From Planctomycetota bacterium (lineage in GTDB: Bacteria > Planctomycetota > UBA8108 > UBA1146): a stretch of 29,705 bases of DNA. How positions within the stretch are numbered: position 1 is the stretch's first letter; every line of letters begins with the position of its first letter. The stretch covers positions 1 through 29,705 of the forward strand of contig JAYZBV010000108.1 of the NCBI GenBank assembly GCA_036338595.1, written 5' to 3'. The translations under genes were made by a program, and so were the position numbers. Positions 1 through 9,757 of this stretch are shown here, piece after piece. The notes beneath the pieces were generated by a model. That model did not search any database. It was not told where the DNA came from and saw only the letters and a list, made by a program, of their open reading frames with translations.

Positions 1-1200
1 TTTGATGTGGTGGTCTCGCCCCGGATCATCACCACCTCCCTGGGACATCGGGGTTCGCCCGAACTCCCCGCCCCAGATGATCAGAGTGTCATCGAGCATG
101 CCTTTATTCTTCAGATCCTGGATCAACGCCGCTGTTGGCTGATCGCACAGATTGCAGCAGGTCTTCATGTACTGCTTGAGACCCCCGTGGTGATCCCAGC
201 CCCTGTGATAGAGATGGATGAAACGAACCCCGCGCTCCGCCAATCTTCGCGCCAGCAGGCAATTGCTGGCATAGGTTCCATCGCCGGGAACCGCTCCGTA
301 CATCGCCAGTGTCTCGGGAGTCTCATCGGAAATGTCCATCAACTCCGGAACCGAAACCTGCATCCGAAATGCCAGTTCATACTGCGAGATCCTCGCCTCG
401 ACTTCGGGGTCTTTGGTCTCACTGGCCCGCATCCGATCGAGATCACGAATCGCCTCGATCAGGTGCTGCTGTCGATCCCGGCTGATGCCGGGTGGGTTGG
501 CCACGTAGTGAACCGGATCGCCCTTCGAGTGGAACTCGACGCCTCCAAGATTGCTCGGCAAGAAACCACTCGACCACTGCCTGGCTGCGATCGGCTGTGG
601 ATTCCTTCCCCCGACACTGGTCAACACCACGAAGCCGGGCAAGCTCTCCCCATCGGAACCCAGTCCATAGTTGATCCAGGATCCCATGCTCGGTCGATGG
701 GGGATGATGGAACCCGTGTTCATGAAGGTGTGTGCAGGATCGTGATTGATCTGTTCGGTGACCATCGATTTCACGATGGCGATGTCATCGGCAACGGTAC
801 TGATATGTGGCAGGTAGTCGCTGATCAGCTGACCACTCTCACCGTAGCGCGCAAAAGTGGCCCTTGGCCCGAGACAACGCAACTCCTTACCCTGGAGCTG
901 GGCGATCGGCATCCCCCTCGTGAAGGACTCCGGCATCGGCTGCCCGTCGAGCAGTGCCAGTTTCGGTTTCTCATCAAAGGTCTCCAGATGGCTGGGACCT
1001 CCCGCCATGCACAGGAAGATGACTCTCTTGGCTCGAGGGATCGCACCCGATGCCAGCAGTAGGTCCGATGCCGCGACCTGTCCGGAGGGCCACCACTGGC
1101 TCAGTGCTGCTGCACCGATCCCCATCGACAGCGAACCGAGAAACTGTCTGCGATTCAGATGGTGAATCTGGTTCAGAATTTGATCGTGGGAATCACTCAC
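1..1200 (-). CDS. DUF1501 domain-containing protein with Tat-like signal; partial, C-terminus runs off the left edge
   Basis: Absent from the ORF track. Manual translation from GTG at 1200 (overlapping the end of the PSD1 gene): MSDSHDQILNQIHHLNRRQFLGSLSMGIGAAAL...AKRVIFLCMAGGPSHLETFDEKPKL. In the same frame near the edge: WGGEFGRTPM and GRDHH. These are hallmark DUF1501 motifs, and the gene sits in the usual position after a PSD1 gene. Confidence 0.92.
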   Translation of the reverse strand, partial: MSDSHDQILNQIHHLNRRQFLGSLSMGIGAAALSQWWPSGQVAASDLLLASGAIPRAKRVIFLCMAGGPSHLETFDEKPKLALLDGQPMPESFTRGMPIAQLQGKELRCLGPRATFARYGESGQLISDYLPHISTVADDIAIVKSMVTEQINHDPAHTFMNTGSIIPHRPSMGSWINYGLGSDGESLPGFVVLTSVGGRNPQPIAARQWSSGFLPSNLGGVEFHSKGDPVHYVANPPGISRDRQQHLIEAIRDLDRMRASETKDPEVEARISQYELAFRMQVSVPELMDISDETPETLAMYGAVPGDGTYASNCLLARRLAERGVRFIHLYHRGWDHHGGLKQYMKTCCNLCDQPTAALIQDLKNKGMLDDTLIIWGGEFGRTPMSQGGGDDPGRDHHIK

Positions 1201-4200
1201 GGGTCGTCGTTTCATGCAGATTCAAGATGGCCCGCGCGACTTCTACCCAGGCAGCAAGATCGGCGGGTTCGATGAACTCCACCGCTTCCCCCGCCCCGGC
1301 ATCGAGCAACTCCTTGACCTGTTCCGGATGCTCGGCGAAGTGCTCTCTGCTCGATTCGAGCAAGTTCAACAGCAATTCGATCTCCCTCGGTTCCGGAACC
1401 CGAGAAGTTGCCCGTTTCATGGCGAACTCGATCGCTTCCTCGTCAGTGCCTGCAGAGTCTCGTCCGATGATGTCTGGATCGTGTTGCCATCTCGTGATTC
1501 TCAGGGCAAAGGAGCGAGCGGCTTCGACAAAACTTGGATCGTTCAGCAGCACCAGTGCGGCCAGTGGTGTATTCGATCGATGGCGCCTGGCGGTGCAATC
1601 CTCCCGGGTCGGGGCATCGAAGGCGAGTAACATCGGATGCAGGTACTGCCTTTGCCAGTGCACGTAAACACCCCGGCGCCATTGTTTTGATCCCATGTCG
1701 GGCTTGTAGCGCCGCGGTGGAAAGTTCAGATGACGGTAATAGTGAGGTGGTTGAGGCGGCTTGACGCTGGGCCCGCCCTGCTGGTCGACAAGTAGTCCGC
1801 TGATCCAGAGCGAAGCATCTCGAACCATCTCTGCCGAAAATCTGTGGCGAGCCTGATGAGAAAAGAGCAGGTTCTCGGGGTCGATCTCGGCTGCACGCGA
1901 CGACGGCCTGGACGATTGTCGATAGGTTCTGGACATCACCAGCCTCCGGATGAGGCGCTGGATATCCCATCCGGAATCGACGAACTCGATGGCCAGCGCA
2001 TCGAGCAGTTCTGGATGAGTCACCGGTCTCCCTTGCCCCCCGAAATCCTCCACCGACGGGCACAGGCCCTCGCCCAGGAACTGCGCCCACACCCGATTGA
2101 CGAACACCCGCGCCGTCAGACCACCAACTCCGCCATCGGCCTCCGGGGTCACGAGCCAGCGAGCCAGGTCGAGCCGGGTGGCTCTCTGATCGGTTTCCAG
2201 GGATCCAAAGAAATGCGGAATCGCCGGCTCGACGACTTCACCCGTTTCGTCGAGCCAGTTTCCACCGGGCAAGATTCGAACTGTTCGTGGTGACTCGAGA
2301 CTGCGCGTGAAGAGCGCCAGCGGCAGTGTGTCGGTCAAGGTCGAGGCCCGCTTCCGAAGGTGCGCCAGTTCGCCTCGAAGATCGATCACCTGCTGAGACT
2401 GGTCTGCTTGAAAAGTGCTCAGGACAAGCCTGTGGGCGTCCGTTCGATCGGTAGCCGCCACGGCCAGTGCATCGACCACCGGAGCCGGTGCCGCCGTGGC
2501 ATTCTCGACGCCGCACAGATCCCAGTACACGGTGCCACCGAACTGCGTGAATGCGACACCACTGACGACGCTTCCAGGTTTCAGGCCGATCGACTCGAAG
2601 GGAACTTCCAGCCGCACCCACTTTCCTACCGCTGGCAATTTTCCCATTCGCTGGTAGGCGGCTGAACTCTCCGGTTGCCTGCCGTATACGATCTCATCGC
2701 CACCCCAGAGGGCCCGGTGCTGCCAGTCCCCTGCCGTGTTGCACTGCAACATCACCGCAGCAGGTTGCGAATCCGCTGCCATGTAGATCCAGGCAAAGAG
2801 CACATCCCCTTCACTGACCGTGATCGTCTTCTCGGTGGTGCCCACCGTGTAATGCTGAATCAGCCCATCGCTCGACTGCTTCCGATACAACTGACCGCTG
2901 TGAGCAGGCACTTCCTCTACAGTGACGAAATTCCATCTTCCGCTGACGGTTCCACCGGTATCGAGCACATCATCGACCCAGACTGACTGCCGGCGCTCGG
3001 TGGATTCAATTCGTGCCACCAGTTGCTGTTCCCACGCCTGCTGCTCTGGCACCAGCGCCTCGATGGCACCGTCGATCTGCTGCTCGGTTTCCGTGATCTT
3101 GCGCGCCAGTTCCTCACCCATCGATCGCCCCTCATCGGTCATCAGGCGCATCTCCGGCCTGCGCCGGGTCGGGGTCGAGTTGAGACCACCGTATGGATTT
3201 CTCAGGTGCTCTTCATCATCGATGTCAGCAAAGAAAGCTCCCATCGAGTAGAAGTCTCGAGTCGTGTACGGGTCGTACTTGTGATCGTGACACTGGGCAC
3301 AACCGAGCGTCCCGCCCATCCATGTCTCTGTCACGTTTCGCACCCGATCCGCCATGTAGATGGCTCGATACTCCTTGAGTTGTAGACCACCTTCATGTGT
3401 CGTCTGGAGCAGACGGTTGTAACCCGTTGCTACCAGCTGGTTCTGATCGGGTTGCTCGAGAAGATCGCCTGCGATCTGTTCGATGGTGAACTGATCAAAT
3501 GGCATGTTCGAGTTGAAGGCATCGACCACCCAGTCGCGGTAGGGCCAGCTGTGATGTTCCTGATCGCCGTGGTAGCCGACGGTGTCTGCATATCGAACCA
3601 GATCGAGCCAGAAACTCGCAAGCCGTTCGCCGAAGTGAGGACTGGCGAGCAACCGATTCACCTGTTCGAGATAGGCCCCTTCGCCACTCTCGTTCAAAAA
3701 CTCCGCGACCAGGTCAGGCTCGGGCGGCAATCCGGAGAGATCCAGATGCAGACGACGAATCAAGGTGGTGTCGTCCGCATCGGGAGCGGGTTCCAGTGCG
3801 ACAGCCTGGAGTTGCGCCAGGATGTAGTGATCGATGGTTGAAACGGGCCAGTCATGAGCCGTGACAGGCTGCTTGGTCGGCTCCGGAGTGACGTAAGCCC
3901 AGTGGGGTGAGTACTCGGCCCCCTCATCGATCCAGCGACCCAGCAACTCGACCTGTTGGGCACTCAATTCATCATGTTCCTTGGCAGGAGGCATCGGATC
4001 CTCGGGATCCGTGATGCGCAGCCACATCTCGCTGTCATCCCGACTGCCAGGCACGATCGCCGTGAAGCCGGACTCCAGTTCTCGCGTCGCGGATTCGCGT
4101 TCGACCAGCCTCAATCCAGCCTTGCGGGATTCATCGTTTGGCCCATGACAGGGAAAACAATGCTGCGAGAGAATCGGTCTCACCTGCCGTGAAAAATCGA

Positions 4201-4315
4201 TGGGTGCTTGCGGGTCATCGCCAGGACGATTTGCAAGTACAACCATCGACAGCAGCAGCAACACCATGGCGGTGAAGATCGGCTTCAGATCTCGTGAGAT
4301 GGCATACTTTTCCAT
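1193..4315 (-). CDS. PSD1 / planctomycete cytochrome c domain protein (DUF1549 + DUF1553)
   Basis: DFSRQVRPILSQHCFPCHG (CxxCH), HFGERLASFWLDLVRYADT, CAQCHDHKYDP, ARVFVNRVW, HPELLDALA, NTPLAALVLLND, ILNLHETTTRE. Start uncertain: ATG 4315 precedes a hydrophobic signal segment; the ORF is open to 4441. Confidence 0.93.
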   Translation of the reverse strand: MEKYAISRDLKPIFTAMVLLLLSMVVLANRPGDDPQAPIDFSRQVRPILSQHCFPCHGPNDESRKAGLRLVERESATRELESGFTAIVPGSRDDSEMWLRITDPEDPMPPAKEHDELSAQQVELLGRWIDEGAEYSPHWAYVTPEPTKQPVTAHDWPVSTIDHYILAQLQAVALEPAPDADDTTLIRRLHLDLSGLPPEPDLVAEFLNESGEGAYLEQVNRLLASPHFGERLASFWLDLVRYADTVGYHGDQEHHSWPYRDWVVDAFNSNMPFDQFTIEQIAGDLLEQPDQNQLVATGYNRLLQTTHEGGLQLKEYRAIYMADRVRNVTETWMGGTLGCAQCHDHKYDPYTTRDFYSMGAFFADIDDEEHLRNPYGGLNSTPTRRRPEMRLMTDEGRSMGEELARKITETEQQIDGAIEALVPEQQAWEQQLVARIESTERRQSVWVDDVLDTGGTVSGRWNFVTVEEVPAHSGQLYRKQSSDGLIQHYTVGTTEKTITVSEGDVLFAWIYMAADSQPAAVMLQCNTAGDWQHRALWGGDEIVYGRQPESSAAYQRMGKLPAVGKWVRLEVPFESIGLKPGSVVSGVAFTQFGGTVYWDLCGVENATAAPAPVVDALAVAATDRTDAHRLVLSTFQADQSQQVIDLRGELAHLRKRASTLTDTLPLALFTRSLESPRTVRILPGGNWLDETGEVVEPAIPHFFGSLETDQRATRLDLARWLVTPEADGGVGGLTARVFVNRVWAQFLGEGLCPSVEDFGGQGRPVTHPELLDALAIEFVDSGWDIQRLIRRLVMSRTYRQSSRPSSRAAEIDPENLLFSHQARHRFSAEMVRDASLWISGLLVDQQGGPSVKPPQPPHYYRHLNFPPRRYKPDMGSKQWRRGVYVHWQRQYLHPMLLAFDAPTREDCTARRHRSNTPLAALVLLNDPSFVEAARSFALRITRWQHDPDIIGRDSAGTDEEAIEFAMKRATSRVPEPREIELLLNLLESSREHFAEHPEQVKELLDAGAGEAVEFIEPADLAAWVEVARAILNLHETTTRE

Positions 4316-4458
4316 GACGGGCTCGACTCTATCACCCACGGGATGGAGGGACAATGCGGGGGTCTTCGGACTGCTGTGGACCGTTGCAGTCATCGCAGAG
4401 TGATCGCTGACTTGCATGGGAACACCGGTCAACCGTTGCAAGATGATCGGCTGCGAAG

Positions 4459-6021
4459 CTAGAAGAGGCAGGGCAGTGAATCGGGGGTGGGGTCAGGTCC
4501 GAACGAGATGTCACTGGGAAGAGGCAACGGCGCTGCTCCGACGAACAGGCGAGCCAGCAGAGCCACCGGATCGGCGATATCGATGGTTCCATCGTCATTC
4601 GCATCCGAGGCATCCTCACACAGGATCGTACCGCCGGTGAAGAGGAACTGTAGCGATGCGATGGCATCCGAAATATCAACTGCCCCATCGACATTGGAAT
4701 CACCGCGAACAAAGAAGGGCTGCATCGTCGGATGGTCAAATGGAGGCAGCGCAAATTCTACCCTCGGATCGGTCAGCCCCTCCTCCAGAAAGTCTTTGAT
4801 CTGAGCCAGTTCACTGTTGGGAAGATTCATCTCGACGATCAACGGATCAGCCGGTGCGAAATCTCCTCCCCCGTTGTAGAACGCCAGCACCTCATCGAGG
4901 TCTGCCTTGCCGCCGTTGTGAAAGTACGGGGCACGGAGACCGACATTTCGGAGCGAGGGTGATTTGAACTGGCCCGCATGCTCTGGATCTCCGGTCACTG
5001 CACCGAGTCCTTCATCCTCGAACGCTGGGCGTACTCCTATATTCCGAAAGGAACCATCTCCGAGTGCCGGAGTCTCGTGACAGGGGAGACAGTTGTCGGC
5101 AAAGAGCAGCAATCCTAACTGCTGGTCTTCGGTCATGGCATCGTTGTTACCTTCATTGAAGAGATCGAATGGAGTTCGGTCCGGAACCAGTGTGCGTTCG
5201 TAACTCGCGATGGCAAAGGCGATCCGCGCAGCCGAGATCTCCGGATCGCCGAAAGCATTATCGAACAGAGCCGGGTAGTCGGGAAACTGGATCAGGCCAT
5301 CGATGATGTCATCTGGCAGGTCGGTGGCGAGAGCCAGAGGACTGATTGCGATCAACTTCTGTCGAACGCTGTCCCATCCCAGCGTGTCACATCCCATCTC
5401 CACCATCGACAAGATCGGGGCCACTGCTTGCGCCTCCAGCGCGCCTCCCGTCGCGATCAGCACCTGCCCCGTTTCGGGGTCGACAAACTCCGGTCCCGCT
5501 CGGCCATCCCAGAAGAGCGTGGGGTGATATCCAGAAGCGATGAAAGATGGCGATCTTCTCCCGGTGACCTGACGCTCGGGAAAGAAGACCCCGTCGTCAA
5601 TCGTGTCTCCCCCGCACGCCTGAAGCACGACTCCGATCGAACCGACCACATCATCTTCGTTGCCGAAGATGCCATCGTACCCGGGGTGAATGGAGCGGGG
5701 TTGGTGAACCCGCGGATCCGATCCTCCCACTTCGGGGATGTGACAGGTGCCACAGGAAGTGGAATTGTCATGGGAGAGCTGTTCCTCCCAGAAGAGAAAC
5801 TTACCGAGCAGTGCCTTCTCCTCCGTGAGGGGATTTTCCGGCGGTTCCGGCATGGCGGGGAGGGGAGCCAGGATGTCACCGGGACCGATCTGTGCCGACA
5901 GCGGTGCGCACAGCATCAGCGCCACGATGACGGCACCGAGGCGCCAGCTGATTCGATTCCAGATGTCAGATGATGGCGACCGGAACATCGGGGGGGGTCC
6001 TCTCCTGATCACATCATCCAT
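4459..6021 (-). CDS. Secreted diheme cytochrome c peroxidase (bCcP/MauG family) with C-terminal dockerin-like module
   Basis: ENPLTEEKALLGKFLFWEEQLS, CGTCH, LFWDGRA, AIASYERTL, CLPCH, FKSPSLRNV, APYFHNG; signal peptide ending LCAPLSA-Q; C-terminal FVRGDSNVDGAVDISDA...DANDDGTIDIAD. Start may be 6021 or 5988. Confidence 0.9.
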   Translation of the reverse strand: MDDVIRRGPPPMFRSPSSDIWNRISWRLGAVIVALMLCAPLSAQIGPGDILAPLPAMPEPPENPLTEEKALLGKFLFWEEQLSHDNSTSCGTCHIPEVGGSDPRVHQPRSIHPGYDGIFGNEDDVVGSIGVVLQACGGDTIDDGVFFPERQVTGRRSPSFIASGYHPTLFWDGRAGPEFVDPETGQVLIATGGALEAQAVAPILSMVEMGCDTLGWDSVRQKLIAISPLALATDLPDDIIDGLIQFPDYPALFDNAFGDPEISAARIAFAIASYERTLVPDRTPFDLFNEGNNDAMTEDQQLGLLLFADNCLPCHETPALGDGSFRNIGVRPAFEDEGLGAVTGDPEHAGQFKSPSLRNVGLRAPYFHNGGKADLDEVLAFYNGGGDFAPADPLIVEMNLPNSELAQIKDFLEEGLTDPRVEFALPPFDHPTMQPFFVRGDSNVDGAVDISDAIASLQFLFTGGTILCEDASDANDDGTIDIADPVALLARLFVGAAPLPLPSDISFGPDPTPDSLPCLF

Positions 6022-6086
6022 TCTACCGCATAAGTGCAGATCGACGAGATCGTGGTGAGATCTCCTCGATCGCCGCGATGAGGACC

Positions 6087-9044
6087 TCAAGGACAGGCCG
6101 GATTACTACACTCCAGCGCATCCGAGCTCGGATCGACCCCGCACAGGGGAAATGGAGGCAGGATGGGACCGCCTGCCGAGAAGAGGTGATCGAGCACCGT
6201 CACCGCATCGGCGACATTGTTGGCCCCGTCATCGTTGGCATCGATGGCGGACTGGCACCCTCCATCGGAGCCGCCGCCAAAGAGGTAGGTGAGGATGAAC
6301 ACCGCATCGGCGATGTCGAGCGCCTGATCCTGATTGGCATCGGCTCGGATGAAGCCGGGAAGTGCTTCACCGACGACGATGGCATCGACCACAGTCATCG
6401 AATCGACTCCTCCAGGTCCCGTCACGGTCAAGGTCACCGTATACGATCCCGCTTCGGAATAGACGTGCTGCGGTGAGGTGGAAGGGCTCTCCTGTGCATC
6501 GCCGAACTGCCAGAGGAAGTCATCGACGAAGCCGATGGATTGACTGGTGAACTGAACCGTCAGGGGGGCCGGCCCGGCAGCTGGATCGAAACTGAATTGC
6601 GCCACGGGAGGCTCGACAGGGAGACAGCTGATGTACCTCTCGATCAGTTCCTTGCGATCATGGTTGGCACCGATGCCCCCCATCTCTGGAGACTGGGAAA
6701 TCACCGCTCCACCGACGCCGACATAGTTGATGACAGCACAGGTGAACCCCTCACTTGCGAACAGGATCTCCTCTCCTGTGGTCACTGGCTGCAACTGATC
6801 GACATAGGCGGCCTCCCCATCGTAGGGAACGACCTGATCGAAGTTGTCCTGACCACAGGAGGCCGAGACGATCGCAGAGATATCCCCCACCGATCCGCCG
6901 CCGTCGCTGCAACTCTCGAATCCGACAAGATCCTGGATCGGCGTGTCGGGATCAAAGCAGAAGGTGTCGCCACCACTGATGTACAGCTGGCCGCCAGCGA
7001 GAACATAGTCTGCCAGTGCCTGTCCCTCTTCCGTCGTGATCATGTGATTATTGGGATACATCCCCACCTCGACCCAGACGCGCGGGAACTCGCCGATGAG
7101 GAACCCCTGCGATGGCAAGTCGGTCAGGTCATCGATCTCCACGGTGAGTGCAAAAATCGTATTGTCCTCGAGTCCTTGCATGATCGCGCTCACCGAATCG
7201 GTACTGCCGTTGTCATCATCGGTGAATCCGATCACCAGATCGGTCACATCTGTAGGCAATATCTGTAGCGTGCAGGTCGCCGGCGGCGCCTCTGCACCCA
7301 GTGCTACCGGAACGATCTGATAAGCAGCAATCCCGTAGTCCGGTACCAGATCCAGGAAGGACTCGTTCGAACCGGGGATGGTCGCGATCTCGATTCCGTT
7401 ATTCACGACCCGAATCAGGTCATACGGATCTCCGGTCACTGCACCCTGGTTCTGCCATTGCAACTGCACATCTTCTTCGATCTGATCGCACAACAACTGC
7501 AACACCGGTTCGACCAGACTCACATTGACGATGCAGGCAACCTGGGGCGAATCATCGGTGCCCACCTCTGCGATGAGGGTATAGGAGTGCTGCCCCGAGC
7601 TGGGTGCCAGATCCGAGTAGGTGGCCTGGCTGCCTGGAACCTCGGCGATCAGGATTCCATCGCGGCGAATCTCCACCGAGTCGTAAGCTTCACCAGGATT
7701 CCAGCTGATCTCCACATCGAGGAGTTGCTGGTCACAGGTCAACTGCGTCGGAGGATACACGTCCGGGACATTCGAGATCTGAAAGTAGAGGTCGTTACCC
7801 TCGCAGTGACCGACCCAGATATCCGGAGTTCCGTCTCCGTTGAAATCTGCAACCGCCACATCGTAGGTGCCAGAGTGATGAGCAGCGGTCCACTGGCCCG
7901 TTGGATATGGATCCTCCAGCAAGGGCGGTGAGGCGCCATCATTACGCAGAAAGGAGAGGCGTCGGCTGCAACTGGGAACATCCGTGTCGACATCGGTGAC
8001 GACCACATCGTTATCCCCATCGTTATCGAGATCCACGATGTAGGTGTTGCCTCCAAATCCTCCCGTCAGCGGACTGTTGCCGATGGGCACATTTTGCCAG
8101 TCCACAGGAATCGTTCCGGCAGCAGATGTGTTGAGCAAGAATTGATCCTGGGGATCCTGGACAGCAAATACATCCGTGAGTCCGTCGCCATCGATGTCAC
8201 CCAGGTTGAAGTGGTAACAGGACGAGACGACCAGCTCCTGCGGAAATCCAAATGAACTTCCGCCCTGGTTGTAGGCGATCCGCACTGCAGGAACTGAATT
8301 CTTGACGATATCCGGCCAACCATCGCCATTCACATCGCCGATCTGTCCGGCAGTGGCAAAGCCTGAATCGACGAAGCCTCCCGGCATCCATGCTGTCTGA
8401 TCGGTGAAGTTGCCGCTGCCATCATTGATCAGAAGGCGATCCTCGACCGAGTTGTTGTAGTCGACGAGATAGATGTCATCGACTCCATTGCCGGTCAGAT
8501 CGCCGACTGCCACGGCACAGGAGTTCGGGTTTGCACCGGATGACGAGAGCAACTCGGGTAATCGGTCGGGTTGCTCATCGAGACCGAGCCAGTTGCCCAG
8601 AGCATCGACACCCAGGTTGATGTAGATGCGCGGCTGTTGTCCGTTGCTGCCATCGTTTCCGGCATTGGCGACGATCACATCGGGGTAGTTGTTGCCATCA
8701 AAGTCACCGACCTGCACATCACGGGAGTTGTCCGCAATTGTCATCCCCGGGGCCAGGTCGGCCGTTCGGTCGGTCATCACACCACCGACATTGATGAAGA
8801 GTACGTTGGTGCGATTTCCGAAGGTGGTGTATGGCAACTTTCGAACGGAGACCAGGTCAATATCGCCATCCTGATCGAAATCTGCCGTGGCGAAGTCCTT
8901 TTCCTCGACATCGGCGAGGCCCACGCTCGGGTCAGCGAGAATGTTGGTGGCACTGACTGTCTGCCATTCGAGCCAGATGGGAGTCTGCCCCCAGGACACT
9001 CCACCGATCAACAACGACACACCGATTACCGTGACCATCGTCAT
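6087..9044 (-). CDS. Secreted FG-GAP/VCBS-repeat protein with two Ig/FN3-like repeats, a PKD domain and a dockerin-like C-terminus
   Basis: About seven D-x-D/N-x-D/N-G-x-x-D repeats (ADFDQDGDID, GDFDGNNYPD, GDVNGDGWPD, GDIDGDGLTD, ADFNGDGTPD); two LxCDQ...W...YD repeats; PKD motif WQFGD...PQHVYSEAGSYTVTLTV; FIRADANQD...DANDDG tail. Start approximate (ORF open to 9086). Confidence 0.85.
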   Translation of the reverse strand: MTMVTVIGVSLLIGGVSWGQTPIWLEWQTVSATNILADPSVGLADVEEKDFATADFDQDGDIDLVSVRKLPYTTFGNRTNVLFINVGGVMTDRTADLAPGMTIADNSRDVQVGDFDGNNYPDVIVANAGNDGSNGQQPRIYINLGVDALGNWLGLDEQPDRLPELLSSSGANPNSCAVAVGDLTGNGVDDIYLVDYNNSVEDRLLINDGSGNFTDQTAWMPGGFVDSGFATAGQIGDVNGDGWPDIVKNSVPAVRIAYNQGGSSFGFPQELVVSSCYHFNLGDIDGDGLTDVFAVQDPQDQFLLNTSAAGTIPVDWQNVPIGNSPLTGGFGGNTYIVDLDNDGDNDVVVTDVDTDVPSCSRRLSFLRNDGASPPLLEDPYPTGQWTAAHHSGTYDVAVADFNGDGTPDIWVGHCEGNDLYFQISNVPDVYPPTQLTCDQQLLDVEISWNPGEAYDSVEIRRDGILIAEVPGSQATYSDLAPSSGQHSYTLIAEVGTDDSPQVACIVNVSLVEPVLQLLCDQIEEDVQLQWQNQGAVTGDPYDLIRVVNNGIEIATIPGSNESFLDLVPDYGIAAYQIVPVALGAEAPPATCTLQILPTDVTDLVIGFTDDDNGSTDSVSAIMQGLEDNTIFALTVEIDDLTDLPSQGFLIGEFPRVWVEVGMYPNNHMITTEEGQALADYVLAGGQLYISGGDTFCFDPDTPIQDLVGFESCSDGGGSVGDISAIVSASCGQDNFDQVVPYDGEAAYVDQLQPVTTGEEILFASEGFTCAVINYVGVGGAVISQSPEMGGIGANHDRKELIERYISCLPVEPPVAQFSFDPAAGPAPLTVQFTSQSIGFVDDFLWQFGDAQESPSTSPQHVYSEAGSYTVTLTVTGPGGVDSMTVVDAIVVGEALPGFIRADANQDQALDIADAVFILTYLFGGGSDGGCQSAIDANDDGANNVADAVTVLDHLFSAGGPILPPFPLCGVDPSSDALECSNPACP

Positions 9045-9165
9045 GAATCTCAAGAAATACTCCCATCCCGGAACCCCGAGGCACACTGGCCGCTCCCCTG
9101 ATCTGCACTGTTCAGGGTAAACCTACAGGTGCTCGAAGGCTATCGCCGGACGGACCTGGTTCGGT

Positions 9166-9696
9166 TCAACTGGCGCCCAGTGGTGCTTCCAGGAGGCGCT
9201 GGTGCTCGGCACCGGTTGGCAACAACCGACTCAGCACAAGATCAAGAGTGTCGAACCTCAGCAACGGACCCGCAAACTCCCGATCGAGTTTGAAGCCCGA
9301 AGGTGCGGGAGTGAATCGAGCCAGAGTCATGTGCGGCAAGAAGGGCCGATTCTTGCTGCTTCTCGCCAGGCGTTGTGAAAGTCGCCGGTGCAACTCGTCG
9401 AGACCGCGGCTGGATGGACCCAGTGCTGCCACGGTTCTGGCGGCACCCCGGACTGGCAGCGTACCGATGCGATCGACTCCCCACTGCAACGGTTCCACTG
9501 CAGTTGCGGCGCGCAACACGGATTCCTTGACCTCATCGAGATCCCTGGCATCCACATCTCCGATGAAGAGCAGTGTCATGTGAACTTGCGGCAGAGGTGT
9601 GAGTCGATGATCAGGAAGCGACTCGAGAGATTCCACGGCGGCGATCAGTGACTGTGCCGCCACGGGGTCGGCGTGCAGTGCACAGAAGAGCCGCAC
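9166..9696 (-). CDS. thpR: RNA 2',3'-cyclic phosphodiesterase (2H phosphoesterase, LigT/ThpR family)
   Basis: GTG at 9696 gives the typical MRLFCAL start, preceded by GAGGGGG; two HxT motifs (VHMTLLFIG, PHMTLAR); 176 aa. The longer ORF-track start (10059) overlaps the sulfatase. Confidence 0.88.
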   Translation of the reverse strand: MRLFCALHADPVAAQSLIAAVESLESLPDHRLTPLPQVHMTLLFIGDVDARDLDEVKESVLRAATAVEPLQWGVDRIGTLPVRGAARTVAALGPSSRGLDELHRRLSQRLARSSKNRPFLPHMTLARFTPAPSGFKLDREFAGPLLRFDTLDLVLSRLLPTGAEHQRLLEAPLGAS

Positions 9697-9757
9697 GAGA
9701 CGACCCCCTCTGCGATGCTCACGATCGACCACTCTTCTCCTCAACGGTACTTCTCCA

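Noticed and set aside
7..1062. 351-aa plus-strand ORF
   Set aside because: Codon-aligned antisense shadow of the DUF1501 gene; no recognisable motifs.
6060..6089. TGA stop of the FG-GAP gene followed by a hairpin, as possible selenocysteine read-through
   Set aside because: Read-through adds only about 25 codons before another TGA, and the dockerin-like module is already complete, matching the end of the neighbouring protein.
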